A stretch of 55,351 bases of DNA, filler included, from Nitrospirota bacterium (GCA_011620345.1; 2 parts of 2 records of this genome joined end to end with filler, not necessarily neighbours in it), one strand, 5' to 3'. Shown: positions 1-10,075, counted from the first letter of the whole stretch. Notes: generated by a model not told the origin, from the letters alone. Numbers and translations: made by a program.

Positions 1-88
1 GTCAGTGTAGCACGCCCCGAAAAGCAACCCGGAGCCCGTAAGGAGCATGAGCCTTAAAGCTACCCCGAAAAGAGGCTAAACTAAGCAG

Positions 89-1174
89 GTGAGCAGCGCT
101 TTCAAGAAACCCAAAGAAGACCCGGAGATGACCATGCACGAAATACCAAAGACCCATGAGCGCGCTCGGGTGCTTACGGGCGATCGTCCGACAGGCCCTC
201 TTCACCTGGGCCATTACGTTGGCTCACTAAAAAACCGCGTACGCCTGCAGGAGGACTACGAGGTGTTTATCGTAGTTGCCGACGTCCAGGCGCTCACGAC
301 CCACCTCAAGGAGAGCGGCCAGATCAAGGAAGCGACCAAAGAGGTCTGCTTGGATTATCTGGCCGTCGGAATCGACCCGAACACGACGACAATCTTCGTG
401 CAATCCCAGGTTCCAGAGATTGCAGAACTCACCGTTTTCTTTTCGATGCTGGTGAAACTTTCATTTCTTCGGCACAACCCCACGATCAAAACGGAAGCCC
501 TCGAAAAGGGACTGGGCGAAGACCTCACCTACGGGTTCTTTGGCTATCCGATCTCCCAGGCGGCCGACATCACGTTCGTGAAGGCAAGGCTGGTCCCCGT
601 GGGCGAGGATCAGATCCCACACATCGAACAGACGAGGGAAATCGTAAGGAAGTTCAACCGGCTTTACGGCCCTGTTTTGTTCGAACCAGAAGCGCTCGTA
701 GGCGACGTCCCGAGGTTGATCGGGTTGGATGGCAAGCTAAAAATGTCTAAATCCTACAACAATGCAATCTTCTTGAAGGACCCGCCCGAGCTTGTCCGAA
801 GGAAAGTGTTCCAGGCAGTGACCGACCCGGCCAGGATTCATCCGACAGACCCGGGCCATCCGGATATCTGTACGGTGTTTGCCTACCACAAGGTGTTCAA
901 TGAGCACGAGGTTCCCGAGATCAAAGAGGACTGTAAGGCTGGCAGGCTCCGTTGCGTCGACTGCAAGGCAAACCTCGATTCTGTCCTCAACCGTTTCCTT
1001 GAGCCTATCCGCACCAAAAGGAAGGCTTTTGCAGAACAAGACGGGCTGATCTGGGATATCCTAGACGAAGGGACGAAGCGGGCCAGGGCAATCGGGAGCC
1101 AAACGCTCTCCCAAGTAAAAGAAGCGATGGGACTCTCTTATTTTCCGAAACAATCGACCCAGAGGGTTCCGTAG
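89..1174 (+). CDS. trpS: Tryptophanyl-tRNA synthetase
   Basis: TGDRPTGPLHLGH (HIGH), VPVGEDQ and KMSKS motifs; true start may be ATG 128 or 134. Confidence 0.97.
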   Translation: MSSAFKKPKEDPEMTMHEIPKTHERARVLTGDRPTGPLHLGHYVGSLKNRVRLQEDYEVFIVVADVQALTTHLKESGQIKEATKEVCLDYLAVGIDPNTTTIFVQSQVPEIAELTVFFSMLVKLSFLRHNPTIKTEALEKGLGEDLTYGFFGYPISQAADITFVKARLVPVGEDQIPHIEQTREIVRKFNRLYGPVLFEPEALVGDVPRLIGLDGKLKMSKSYNNAIFLKDPPELVRRKVFQAVTDPARIHPTDPGHPDICTVFAYHKVFNEHEVPEIKEDCKAGRLRCVDCKANLDSVLNRFLEPIRTKRKAFAEQDGLIWDILDEGTKRARAIGSQTLSQVKEAMGLSYFPKQSTQRVP

Positions 1175-1192
1175 GTAAGGGGGTAGGAACTA

Positions 1193-1834
1193 CTAAGGAA
1201 TGAGGAGCGGGGCGGGCCTGGATGGTTCTTCGCGCCAGTCGTAGGCTTGAACCCATTCAGAGCCAAGCGTTCCTTCAAGGAATGCGCGAAGCCCCAGAGC
1301 AAAGGCCCCTACAGGCCTTTCCCGGCCCAAGCGCTCGAAAAACAAAAGCAGACCGTCCAAGGCCTCTGGAAGCACAGCCTGGACGTGGGATGAAGGAAGC
1401 TCTGTGAGCCGTTTTAGGGCCTGGTCGCGCATCTTGGCAAGCGGCCCGGGCAGTGCGATGATGGAGGGGGTGATGATCAGCTGAAATTCTGAACGGATAT
1501 CTTGAAAAAAGCGGGTCAGTTCTTCAGGCCGAATTTTTGGGTCGGCGCTCAAAACGATGCAAACTACGGCCAGCAGGTGGCTGAGCGCCTCCGAAAGCGC
1601 ATCTCTCCTTTCTTCCGGGAAGAGTTCAACCGTTTCTCGAAGCAGGCCAAGAAACAGCTGCTCAAGCTTTTTCCCGGCATACACCTCCCCTTCCTCAAGG
1701 TAGACGCATCCTTCTGGACATGCAATTTCTTGAAGCCTGTGCTGCCCGCAACATGCAGGGCAAATCAAGCCCCCTAGCCCTGGACAGGAACGTTTACCTT
1801 TCTTCTGCCTACAGTATGCGCACTGCATGGCCAA
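1193..1834 (-). CDS. Hypothetical protein with N-terminal 8-Cys (probable Zn-binding) domain
   Basis: CAYC-x8-C-x7-CPACC-x9-CPEGC followed by a helical region; fills the gap between trpS and ugd. Confidence 0.8.
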   Translation of the reverse strand: MAMQCAYCRQKKGKRSCPGLGGLICPACCGQHRLQEIACPEGCVYLEEGEVYAGKKLEQLFLGLLRETVELFPEERRDALSEALSHLLAVVCIVLSADPKIRPEELTRFFQDIRSEFQLIITPSIIALPGPLAKMRDQALKRLTELPSSHVQAVLPEALDGLLLFFERLGRERPVGAFALGLRAFLEGTLGSEWVQAYDWREEPSRPAPLLIP

Positions 1835-1849
1835 GACGCTCCCTTTTCG

Positions 1850-1878
1850 TTGCCATTTTTTGGTGGTTTTGTTATGGT
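1850..1878 (+). promoter_or_regulatory. Putative sigma70 promoter for ugd operon
   Basis: TTGCCA-17 nt-TATGGT with TG extension, about 40 nt before ATG 1918. Confidence 0.4.
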
Positions 1879-1917
1879 AACATAGACTTTTTCATCAATA
1901 CAGCCAAAGGTCGAGCT

Positions 1918-3261
1918 ATGCGTGTCGGTTGCATCGGGGCGGGTTATGTAGGGCTTGTGACGTCCGCGCTAATGGCCCAGAAAGGCCACGAGGTTCTATG
2001 CATCGAAAAGGACATACGGAAAATAAGCCTACTTAGGCAAGCGAGGGTACCGTTCTTCGAGCCCGGGCTAGAGGATATTCTTAGGGAGACGTTGCGCAAC
2101 GGGCAGCTGCAGTTTTCTACGGATATCGCCGCGCTCGGTGAGTTCAGCCCTAAGGCCGTATTTATTTGCGTTGGAACACCATCCTCCGAGGACGGGGGGG
2201 CCGATACGCGAATGGTCATGGAGGTCGTGGACCAGCTTGCGGGCACCTTAGAAGCCCAAACGGTCGTCGTGCTCAAAAGCACCGTGCCCCTGGGAACGTA
2301 TCGGCGGGTGGATTTGCAGCTGAAGGCCAAGGCGCGTGTTCCGTTATACGTCGCCAACAACCCGGAGTTCTTGAGGGAAGGTTCGGCTGTCTATGATTTT
2401 CTGTATCCAGACCGTATTGTTATCGGCTACGAAGACGAGCGGGCCAGGGGGGTGCTCGAAGAGCTTTACGCGCCCTTTTTCGAAGCTTCAGGAGCGACAC
2501 TGTGGATGGACCCGGCCTCTGCTGAACTCATAAAGTACGCAAGCAACGCATTCCTCGCGCTCAAGATATCGTTCGTCAACCTCATGGGTGATCTTGCGGC
2601 CAAAACAGGCGGGGACATCTGGAAGGTTGCCCAAGGCGTGGGGATGGATAAGCGTATCGGGCCTCACTTCCTGTCGCCCGGCTTGGGCTACGGGGGCTCA
2701 TGCCTGCCTAAAGATACACGGGCACTCATTTCCACGCTCGAATCATTGGGGCTAGATCAAGGCTTGTTCCGTTCCGTCGAGAGGATCAACGCCTCTCGAA
2801 TCGACCTTGCGCTCGAAGTGCTCAAGGGTGCGCTCGGTGGGCCCTTGGAAGGCGCCGCGCTTGGGGTATGGGGAGCGGCCTTCAAGGCCCGTACGGACGA
2901 TATTCGCGAAGCCCCAAGCCTAAGGCTGATCCAAGCCCTCCTAGATAGCGGCACGAAGGTCAAGGTGTACGACCCGAAGGCAATGGACAACCTAAAGGGC
3001 CTGTTTGGCCGAAAGATCGAGTACGCCAAGGACGCATACGACGCCGCTTCGGATGTGGATGCGCTTGCTTTGGCAACCGAATGGCCGGAGTTCTTGGAGG
3101 TCTCGTTCGACAGGGTCAAGGGGCTAATGAGGCAGCCCGTCATCATCGATTGCCGAAGCCATCTTCGGGGCCTCCAGCTCGAATCCAAAGGTTTTTACTA
3201 TGCCACGCTTCATGGGCCGGCAATGCCGCCGGCGCCGATCTCGGCGGGTTCTCTTCTATGA
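1918..3261 (+). CDS. ugd: UDP-glucose 6-dehydrogenase
   Basis: IGAGYVG Rossmann motif, NPEFLREG, GYGGSCLPKD catalytic Cys; start moved to ATG 1918. Confidence 0.93.
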   Translation: MRVGCIGAGYVGLVTSALMAQKGHEVLCIEKDIRKISLLRQARVPFFEPGLEDILRETLRNGQLQFSTDIAALGEFSPKAVFICVGTPSSEDGGADTRMVMEVVDQLAGTLEAQTVVVLKSTVPLGTYRRVDLQLKAKARVPLYVANNPEFLREGSAVYDFLYPDRIVIGYEDERARGVLEELYAPFFEASGATLWMDPASAELIKYASNAFLALKISFVNLMGDLAAKTGGDIWKVAQGVGMDKRIGPHFLSPGLGYGGSCLPKDTRALISTLESLGLDQGLFRSVERINASRIDLALEVLKGALGGPLEGAALGVWGAAFKARTDDIREAPSLRLIQALLDSGTKVKVYDPKAMDNLKGLFGRKIEYAKDAYDAASDVDALALATEWPEFLEVSFDRVKGLMRQPVIIDCRSHLRGLQLESKGFYYATLHGPAMPPAPISAGSLL

Positions 3262-4202
3262 GCGACAAAGGGGTTGTGCTGGTCACGGGCGGAGCAGGGT
3301 TTATCGGCTCGCACCTTTGCGAAAGGCTCCTTGCAATGGGATACCGCGTCCTTTGCGTGGACAACCTCCTTACTGGAAGGAAGCACAACCTCTCCCACCT
3401 GCTCGATCATCCGCTCTTTTCGTTTTACGAGCAAGACATCTCGAAGTCTCTCTACCTCGATGAACCCCTGAAGATTGTCATACATTTCGCTTCTGTTGCC
3501 TCTCCCAAGGATTATATGACCTTTCCGATCCAAACTCTCAAAGCAGGCTCGCTTGGAACGTTCAACATGCTCGGCCTAGCAAAAGCAAAAAACGCAGACT
3601 TCGTCCTCGCCTCAACGTCTGAAGTATACGGCGACCCGGCAGAGCACCCCCAGAAAGAAACCTACTGGGGCAACGTCAACCCCGTGGGCCCGAGGGCGGT
3701 GTACGACGAGTCAAAACGGTTTGCCGAGGCGCTTTCGATGGCCTACATGCAAAAACACGGGATGCCCTCGCGAATTGCCAGAATCTTCAATACTTACGGC
3801 CCACGCATGCGAAGCGATGACGGCCGCGCAGTCCCGACGTTCGTCATGCAGGCCTTAAAAAACGAGCCCATCACGATCCACGGTGACGGAACCCAGACCA
3901 GAAGCTTTTGCTATATCGACGATTTGATAGACGGGCTTATTGCCCTCATTCATTCAAATGTCACCGGCCCCATCAACCTAGGCAATCCACTGGAAACCTC
4001 TATCCTGGAAGTCGTACAATGGATCATAAGGCTGGCAGATAGCGCATCCCCTATCGTCCACATCGAGCCCTTGCCAGATAACCCCAGAAGGAGAAACCCC
4101 GACATTGCGCTTGCAAAGCTCCATCTGGGGTTTGCTCCGAAGGTGGGAATTCAAGATGGGCTCGCCAAAACGATTGCCTATTACAGAGCTAGTATTGCCT
4201 AA
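3258..4202 (+). CDS. UDP-glucuronate decarboxylase (UDP-xylose synthase) family SDR
   Basis: TGGAGFIGSHL, ASTSEVYGDP, ETYWGNVNPVGPR, YDESKR, RIFNTYGP; ATGA overlap with ugd stop. Confidence 0.92.
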   Translation: MSDKGVVLVTGGAGFIGSHLCERLLAMGYRVLCVDNLLTGRKHNLSHLLDHPLFSFYEQDISKSLYLDEPLKIVIHFASVASPKDYMTFPIQTLKAGSLGTFNMLGLAKAKNADFVLASTSEVYGDPAEHPQKETYWGNVNPVGPRAVYDESKRFAEALSMAYMQKHGMPSRIARIFNTYGPRMRSDDGRAVPTFVMQALKNEPITIHGDGTQTRSFCYIDDLIDGLIALIHSNVTGPINLGNPLETSILEVVQWIIRLADSASPIVHIEPLPDNPRRRNPDIALAKLHLGFAPKVGIQDGLAKTIAYYRASIA

Positions 4203-4242
4203 TCCTGCCCTAGAGCCTAAGGAAGCCTAAAAAACCGCCAGA

Positions 4243-6042
4243 ATGACGAATACCCCTACGATTCGCAACTTTTCTATCATTGCCCATGTAGACCACGGCA
4301 AATCGACGCTTGCCGATAGGCTGCTCGAGCGCACCGGCCTGGTAAACGTGCGAACGATGCGCCCGCAGTTCTTGGACCGGCTCGAGATCGAGAGGGAGCG
4401 GGGGATCACCATCAAGGCTCAGACGGTAAGAATGCCCTACGCCCACCCAGAGCTCGGCTTGTTTTTGCTCAACATGATCGATACGCCGGGCCATGTCGAT
4501 TTCGGCTACGAGGTTTCAAGGAGCCTGGCCGCATGCGAAGGGGCGCTGCTTTTGGTCGATGCCTCCCAAGGGGTAGAGGCCCAAACGCTCGCCAACGCCT
4601 ATCTCGCCGTGGACCAAGGGCTTGAGGTCGTTTTGGTCATCAACAAGATTGACCTTCCCTCCGCTAGGCCCGAAGATGTCCGAGCGGAAGTGGAAAACCT
4701 GCTCGGGCTTGACGCATCCAACGCCATCCTAGCCTCGGCCAAAGAGGGGGTTGGCATCGAGGCGATCCTCGATGCGCTTGTGCGCAGGATCCCCCCTCCA
4801 AAAGGGACCCTTGAAAACCCATTGCAGGCGCTTATTTTTGATAGCTGGTTCGATTCTTACAGGGGGGTTATCCTTCTTGTCCGCGTGTTCGAGGGGACGC
4901 TCACCCCAAACACCGCCGTGGAGATCGCCTCCAGCGGGGAACACTTCCAGATCGAGGAGCTTGGCGTCTTCCAACCGGACGCTATCCCATCCAGCCAGCT
5001 TGGCTCCGGCGAGGTGGGCTACGTGATTTTGGGAATCAAGGATATCCTTAAAGCCCGGGTAGGAGATACACTGATCGACCCGAAGCGGCGTGCCGCGGCG
5101 CTTCCAGGATTCCGAACGATCCAGCCAAACGTTTACGCTGGCGTCTTTCCCGTTCGTTCGGACGACCTCAGTAAACTAAGGCACTCCCTAGAGAAGTTAA
5201 GCCTCAACGACGCTTCGATCCAGATCGAACCCGAGACCTCCAGAGCGCTAGGCCTCGGGTTTCGACTAGGCTTTCTTGGGATGCTGCATATGGAGATCGT
5301 CCAGGAGAGGCTAGAGCGCGAGTATGGGCTGGACCTAGTCATCACCTCGCCAACTGTCAAGTACCGAGCCTTTTTAGTAGACGGAAATATCTTGGAAATT
5401 TCCAACCCCTCTGATTTGCCCCCGCCCAACAAGGTCGAACGAATCGAGGAACCCTTCCTCGATTTAACGGTATACACGCCGGAAGTTTACCTAGGCCAGG
5501 TCCTTAAGCTTCTCGAAGAGAAACGGGGCGTGCAAAAGGGCATCACGTACCCCTCCCCCTCAAGGATTGTACTGGCGTACGAGATTCCGCTGGCTGAGAT
5601 CATCATGGATTTTCACGACAGGCTCAAATCTCTTTCCAGGGGTTATGCCTCGATGGATTACACGTTCCTAGGCTATAAGCCTTCTGATTTGTTGAAGCTA
5701 GACATTCTCGTCAATCAAGAAAGCGTAGACGCCTTGTCTTTGCTTGTTCCTCAAAGCAAAGCATATGCCAAGGGCCGCGCGCTGGTGGACACGTTGAAAT
5801 CCACCATTCCCCGCCAACTGTTCGAGGTTGTCATCCAAGCGTCGATCGGCTCCAGGGTCATCGCAAGGAACTCTGTCTCGGCACTGCGCAAGAACGTAAC
5901 GGCCAAATGTTACGGTGGGGATATCACAAGGAAACGAAAGCTTCTTGAAAAACAGAAAGAAGGCAAGAAAAGGCTCAAAATGGTAGGCAACGTCGAGATC
6001 CCACAAGAGGCCTTCCTGGCCGTTTTAAAAATGGAGAAATAG
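4243..6042 (+). CDS. lepA: Elongation factor 4 (LepA)
   Basis: [50 protein letters not shown]. Confidence 0.99.
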   Translation: MTNTPTIRNFSIIAHVDHGKSTLADRLLERTGLVNVRTMRPQFLDRLEIERERGITIKAQTVRMPYAHPELGLFLLNMIDTPGHVDFGYEVSRSLAACEGALLLVDASQGVEAQTLANAYLAVDQGLEVVLVINKIDLPSARPEDVRAEVENLLGLDASNAILASAKEGVGIEAILDALVRRIPPPKGTLENPLQALIFDSWFDSYRGVILLVRVFEGTLTPNTAVEIASSGEHFQIEELGVFQPDAIPSSQLGSGEVGYVILGIKDILKARVGDTLIDPKRRAAALPGFRTIQPNVYAGVFPVRSDDLSKLRHSLEKLSLNDASIQIEPETSRALGLGFRLGFLGMLHMEIVQERLEREYGLDLVITSPTVKYRAFLVDGNILEISNPSDLPPPNKVERIEEPFLDLTVYTPEVYLGQVLKLLEEKRGVQKGITYPSPSRIVLAYEIPLAEIIMDFHDRLKSLSRGYASMDYTFLGYKPSDLLKLDILVNQESVDALSLLVPQSKAYAKGRALVDTLKSTIPRQLFEVVIQASIGSRVIARNSVSALRKNVTAKCYGGDITRKRKLLEKQKEGKKRLKMVGNVEIPQEAFLAVLKMEK

Positions 6043-6045
6043 AAG

Positions 6046-6693
6046 GTGTATCCCTCAAGAGAAGAAGTGGCGACAAACGAGAAGACGTCAAAAAAGAGCA
6101 TCGTCCTGGAGTATGCCAAGTCTTTACTCATCGCGCTTGTACTCGCGTTGTTCGTGCGGACGTTCTTCGTGCAGGCCTATAAAATCCCCTCGGGGTCGAT
6201 GCTCGAAACGCTAAAGATCGGCGACCACATCCTGGTCGAGAAGTTCCTGTTCGGGACGCACATTCCTTTTACCGACATCGTCGTCCTTCCTTTAAAGCAG
6301 CCCAAACGAGGTGACGTCGTCGTTTTTCGCTATCCATTAGACCCAAGCCTCGATTTTATCAAGCGTATCATCGCACTGCCCGGCGATACCGTTCAAGGCA
6401 TCAACAAAGACATTTACGTGAACGGAAAGAGGCTACAAGAGCCCTACATTCAACATATCGACAATTTTGTCCTGCCTGCCTACATTTCCCCGAGGGACAA
6501 TTTCGGACCTCTTCGCGTCCCTAAAGACAGCTATTTCGCCATGGGGGACAACCGGGACAACTCCAAGGACAGCCGCTTTTGGGGGTTCGTCCCCAGGCAC
6601 AATATCAAAGGAAAGGCGATGGTGATCTATTTTTCTTGGAACAGCGAAAACCACTGGATACGGCTCAGCCGGATCGGCAGGATAGTCCACTAG
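6046..6693 (+). CDS. lepB: Signal peptidase I
   Basis: IPSGSM (Ser), FIKR (Lys), MGDNRDNSKDSRFWG; follows lepA; start GTG 6046 or 6067. Confidence 0.96.
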   Translation: MYPSREEVATNEKTSKKSIVLEYAKSLLIALVLALFVRTFFVQAYKIPSGSMLETLKIGDHILVEKFLFGTHIPFTDIVVLPLKQPKRGDVVVFRYPLDPSLDFIKRIIALPGDTVQGINKDIYVNGKRLQEPYIQHIDNFVLPAYISPRDNFGPLRVPKDSYFAMGDNRDNSKDSRFWGFVPRHNIKGKAMVIYFSWNSENHWIRLSRIGRIVH

Positions 6694-6726
6694 CCACCAA
6701 ATGAACCACTAAAAAGAGGGCCGCCA

Positions 6727-7092
6727 ATGGACACACAAGGAGCACCTGAGACCCAAGAGGCGCAAGCGCGGGCCGAAACGCTCACGATCGAGGCGCTTCT
6801 TGCACCAGCCTACCAGTCAGTAGAGAATCAGCTCAGGCTGGTCGAGCTCGACGTCAAACGCTTCATTAATCAGATGACAGGGCTCCGGGAGCAGATCGAT
6901 GCCAGCCCTCAGTACGCAATCGGCAAGGCAGGCCAGATCGCCACGCAAATCCTGAACGCCATTCAAAAGATGGGGGCCATTCAGCAGACATCGGCCGAGC
7001 TCATCGCAAACATGGAGGCCGAAGGCCGGAAGATCCTCGAATCCCACCAGGCGGTTTGCAAGGCGCCAGCCAACCAGGAAGAGGCCGTTTAG
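6727..7092 (+). CDS. Hypothetical helical/coiled-coil protein
   Basis: 121 aa, AAGAGGG RBS, Q/A/E-rich amphipathic composition, co-oriented with lepB. Confidence 0.7.
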   Translation: MDTQGAPETQEAQARAETLTIEALLAPAYQSVENQLRLVELDVKRFINQMTGLREQIDASPQYAIGKAGQIATQILNAIQKMGAIQQTSAELIANMEAEGRKILESHQAVCKAPANQEEAV

Positions 7093-7106
7093 TACGGCCT
7101 AAGAGC

Positions 7107-7838
7107 CTAAGAAGAGAGCCGCCCCTCCTTGCCGAAACCAGTTAAGGAGTGGGCGGAAACTCTCGGAAGAAGGCGTACCTTCGTTCCGTGTTCTTTGATC
7201 GACCTGTAGATCGTCGTCAGGTAGATGCGCCTTTTAAGAAACGTGCTGTACTTGGTCACCGTTGTCCGGTCGAAGACCTCCCAGCCAAGTCGCCGGTAAA
7301 GTTCGGGTCGCCGCCTTGTTTCAAACGTAAGCATCTGTCCGTAAACAACATCCTCCCCACGCCCGGCTACCTCCTTCAAGAATTGTTCGAGCAGCACCTT
7401 TGCGACTCCCGCGTTCCGGTAGGCCCCTTGAACGTTAAAATGGAAATGGGCTCCGTGAAGCGGCGCCTTGGGCATTTCCCTCCACCCTTTTAGGCAAAGC
7501 CACAGACAAAACCGCAAAGAGGCCTTATCGTAGCGGCCGAGCATAATCTTTCCGAGTACCGTGGCAACAAACCCAGGCAAGCGGGTCGCCCTATAGAGGC
7601 GATAACGCCATCTCCGCACGCTCCCCACGATGTAGCCTATCACCGCTCCGTTAGGATCGAGGGCGACAAAGGCCAGGTCTGGTTCAACGCTCAAATAGTA
7701 TCCCGTGAGGTACTTTGAAAACAGCCTGGTATCCTTGAAGACGCGATCTATAGGCCTTCCAAGAAAACCGGTTTCGCAGCATAGCGCCTCTAGGCCGCCT
7801 TGGAATGCTTGCCGGTAAGGAACGACTTGAAAATGCAC
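7107..7838 (-). CDS. GNAT family N-acetyltransferase
   Basis: EPDLAFVA..VIGYIVG, AHFHFNV..YRNAGVAKVL acetyl-CoA motif, LYRRLGW. Confidence 0.8.
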   Translation of the reverse strand: MHFQVVPYRQAFQGGLEALCCETGFLGRPIDRVFKDTRLFSKYLTGYYLSVEPDLAFVALDPNGAVIGYIVGSVRRWRYRLYRATRLPGFVATVLGKIMLGRYDKASLRFCLWLCLKGWREMPKAPLHGAHFHFNVQGAYRNAGVAKVLLEQFLKEVAGRGEDVVYGQMLTFETRRRPELYRRLGWEVFDRTTVTKYSTFLKRRIYLTTIYRSIKEHGTKVRLLPRVSAHSLTGFGKEGRLSS

Positions 7839-7935
7839 CTAGAACCCTTTCCTTTGGGGACAACAAGCGAATCAAAATTCTTGTAACCAGATTATACTAC
7901 CGTGGCTCAAAGAGGAACCCCTTGCGCCCTTCCGG

Positions 7936-7964
7936 TTGACGTCCGTTGATTATTGTACTATACT
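7936..7964 (+). promoter_or_regulatory. Putative sigma70 promoter for peroxiredoxin
   Basis: TTGACG-17 nt-TATACT. Confidence 0.6.
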
Positions 7965-8055
7965 GCTCCTGTTCGGCTCTTGCCCGTCCGGGCTCTGGAA
8001 AACCAGGTGTCCGTGGGCTTTGTTAAAAAACAATCGCAAACAACAGGAGGAACAC

Positions 8056-8574
8056 ATGATTCAGGTTCGTTCTCAAGCCCCGGATTTCTCGTGTAACGCG
8101 TACCTCAAAGGAAACAGCCAGCCTGTGAAGGTGAGCCTCGCGGATTATCGCGGAAAGTGGACGGTCTTATTCTTCTACCCGATGGATTTTACGTTCGTGT
8201 GCCCCACGGAGCTCAGAGCCTTCGCAGAAGCAAAGCACGAGATCGAATCGTTGGGAGGAACCGTTGTCGCCGCCTCGTGCGACAGCTTTTACTCGCACCT
8301 TGCCTGGTTCTCCAAGGATCTTCCGGAGGTGGATTACCCGGTACTTGCCGATAAGACAGGAGAAATTGCCCGTAAGTACGGGATTTACCTTGAAAACGAA
8401 GGAATTTCCTTAAGAGGGTTGTTTATCGTAGACCCTAAGGGCGTGCTCCGCTATCAGGTTGTAACAGACTTAGGCGTAGGCCGCGCGACCGAAGAAACAA
8501 TCCGTGTTCTCCAGGCTCTGCAAACCGGCGCCAACTGTCCAGCAAACTGGAAGCCGGGCCAAAAAACGCTCTAA
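8056..8574 (+). CDS. ahpC: 2-Cys peroxiredoxin (AhpC/Prx1)
   Basis: FYPMDFTFVCPTE and CPANWKPG; AGGAGG RBS before ATG 8056. Confidence 0.92.
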   Translation: MIQVRSQAPDFSCNAYLKGNSQPVKVSLADYRGKWTVLFFYPMDFTFVCPTELRAFAEAKHEIESLGGTVVAASCDSFYSHLAWFSKDLPEVDYPVLADKTGEIARKYGIYLENEGISLRGLFIVDPKGVLRYQVVTDLGVGRATEETIRVLQALQTGANCPANWKPGQKTL

Positions 8575-8591
8575 AGGGGCGAGATCAAACA

Positions 8592-8625
8592 CTAAAAAGG
8601 CGGGGCAAAAGCCCCGCCTTTTTAG
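8592..8625. terminator. Bidirectional intrinsic terminator
   Basis: CTAAAAAGGCGGGGC-AAAA-GCCCCGCCTTTTTAG perfect inverted repeat between convergent genes. Confidence 0.9.
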
Positions 8626-9588
8626 TTAGGCTTTGCTTTGCAAAGAGGCCTCATGTTCCTCTAGGAATCGTTCGGCCAGGATCGCGGCCATACATCCCGA
8701 ACCCGCTGCCGTGACCGCCTGCCGGAACGCGGAATCTTGGACGTCCCCGCAGGCAAACACGCCTTCGATCGATGTCCTAACATTTTCATGCGTCAGGATA
8801 TATCCCCTCTCGTCCATCGCCAACTTCCCCATGAAGAGTTTTGTGTTGGGCTCGTGGCCGATCGCGATGAACAGCCCATCGAGAGGCACTTCTTCTTCTT
8901 TGTTTGTCTTCACATCGAGAAGAACCACTCCCTTAAGCCCATCCTTGGTATCTCCAATCAAGTCGGCAACTACGCGATTCCAGAGGAATTCGATCTTGGG
9001 GTTGGACAACGCGCGCTCTTGCATGATCTTCGAGGCCCTAAGGGCGTCCCTACGGTGAATGACCTTCACTTTCGTTGCAAAGCGCGTCAAAAACAGCGCC
9101 TCTTCCACGGCCGTATCGCCACCCCCGACTATGGCCACCTCTTTACCCCTGAAAAAAAACCCGTCGCAAGTGGCACAGGCGCTCAGGCCCTTCCCCATAA
9201 ACTGCTTTTCTTTTTCCAGCCCAAGGAGCTTCGCCGAGGCCCCGGTTGCGATAATCACAGTATCTGCCTCAAGCTCGCCGCCATCGAACGTGACACAAAA
9301 CGGCCGAAGGGCGAAATCAACAGAAGTAGCGGGCTTGGCGATGATTTGCGCGCCAAACCTAGCCGCTTGCTGACGCATCTTTTCCATAAATTCCGGCCCT
9401 TGAACGCCTTCTGGAAAACCCGGAAAGTTTTCGACCTCGGTTGTGGTCGTCAATTGGCCGCCCGGAATGGGGCCTTCAAGTACACAAGTCTTCAGACAGG
9501 CCCTGGAAGCGTAAATCGCGGCCGTAAGCCCGGCAGGACCACTTCCTAAGATTACAACGTCAAAGCCTGCCGTTTGGGTCTGCGCCAT
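8626..9588 (-). CDS. trxB: Thioredoxin-disulfide reductase
   Basis: GSGPAG, GGQLTTTTEVENFPG, CATC, GGGDTA, HRRD; ATG 9588 with GGAGG RBS. Confidence 0.97.
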   Translation of the reverse strand: MAQTQTAGFDVVILGSGPAGLTAAIYASRACLKTCVLEGPIPGGQLTTTTEVENFPGFPEGVQGPEFMEKMRQQAARFGAQIIAKPATSVDFALRPFCVTFDGGELEADTVIIATGASAKLLGLEKEKQFMGKGLSACATCDGFFFRGKEVAIVGGGDTAVEEALFLTRFATKVKVIHRRDALRASKIMQERALSNPKIEFLWNRVVADLIGDTKDGLKGVVLLDVKTNKEEEVPLDGLFIAIGHEPNTKLFMGKLAMDERGYILTHENVRTSIEGVFACGDVQDSAFRQAVTAAGSGCMAAILAERFLEEHEASLQSKA

Positions 9589-9595
9589 CTCTAGA

Positions 9596-10075
9596 TTACC
9601 CTCCATAATGCCAAGGCGTGTCCGTAAGCGTCATGAGCGGCTCGTCCTGCTTGAGGACCGCATCGATCACCTCGACAACAAACACGCTATGGTCACCCCT
9701 TTTGACGATCTCAAAGACACGCGTTTCTACCCAACCAAACGCCTCTTCAATGACCGGAGAGGCCGTGTGCTTGGTCAACATGAAACGATAGCCGTTAATC
9801 TTGTCGCCCTCTTGCACCGAAGGGCGGAAAAAAGCGGAAGCAATCTCTTGCTGGCCCTGCTTCAAAAAACTCACGGCCAACGCCTTCGAGGCTTCCGCAA
9901 GGCTATGGAGCTTTGAGCCCCCTTGAAGCGCCACCATCAACATGGGAGGACGGAACGATGCTTGAGCAAGCCAGTTGATCGTTCCTGCCGAAACTTCTTC
10001 TCCGGCCTTGGAGCCGGCGATGAACAGCCCGTAAGGAATCTTTCGTAAGAGCGTTTTTTTTGCTTCCTCGTCCAT
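9596..10075 (-). CDS. Flavin reductase-like (DIM6/NTAB) protein
   Basis: IPYGLFI, WLAQASFRPP, GDHS, C-terminal WHYGG; AGGAGG RBS. Confidence 0.88.
   Translation of the reverse strand: MDEEAKKTLLRKIPYGLFIAGSKAGEEVSAGTINWLAQASFRPPMLMVALQGGSKLHSLAEASKALAVSFLKQGQQEIASAFFRPSVQEGDKINGYRFMLTKHTASPVIEEAFGWVETRVFEIVKRGDHSVFVVEVIDAVLKQDEPLMTLTDTPWHYGG

Noticed and set aside
1720..1917. Long N-terminal extensions given by the ORF track (ugd, the decarboxylase, ahpC, pepA, dmeF, the ACAD)
   Set aside because: Downstream starts have RBSs and match family N-termini; the extensions overlap neighbouring genes or promoters
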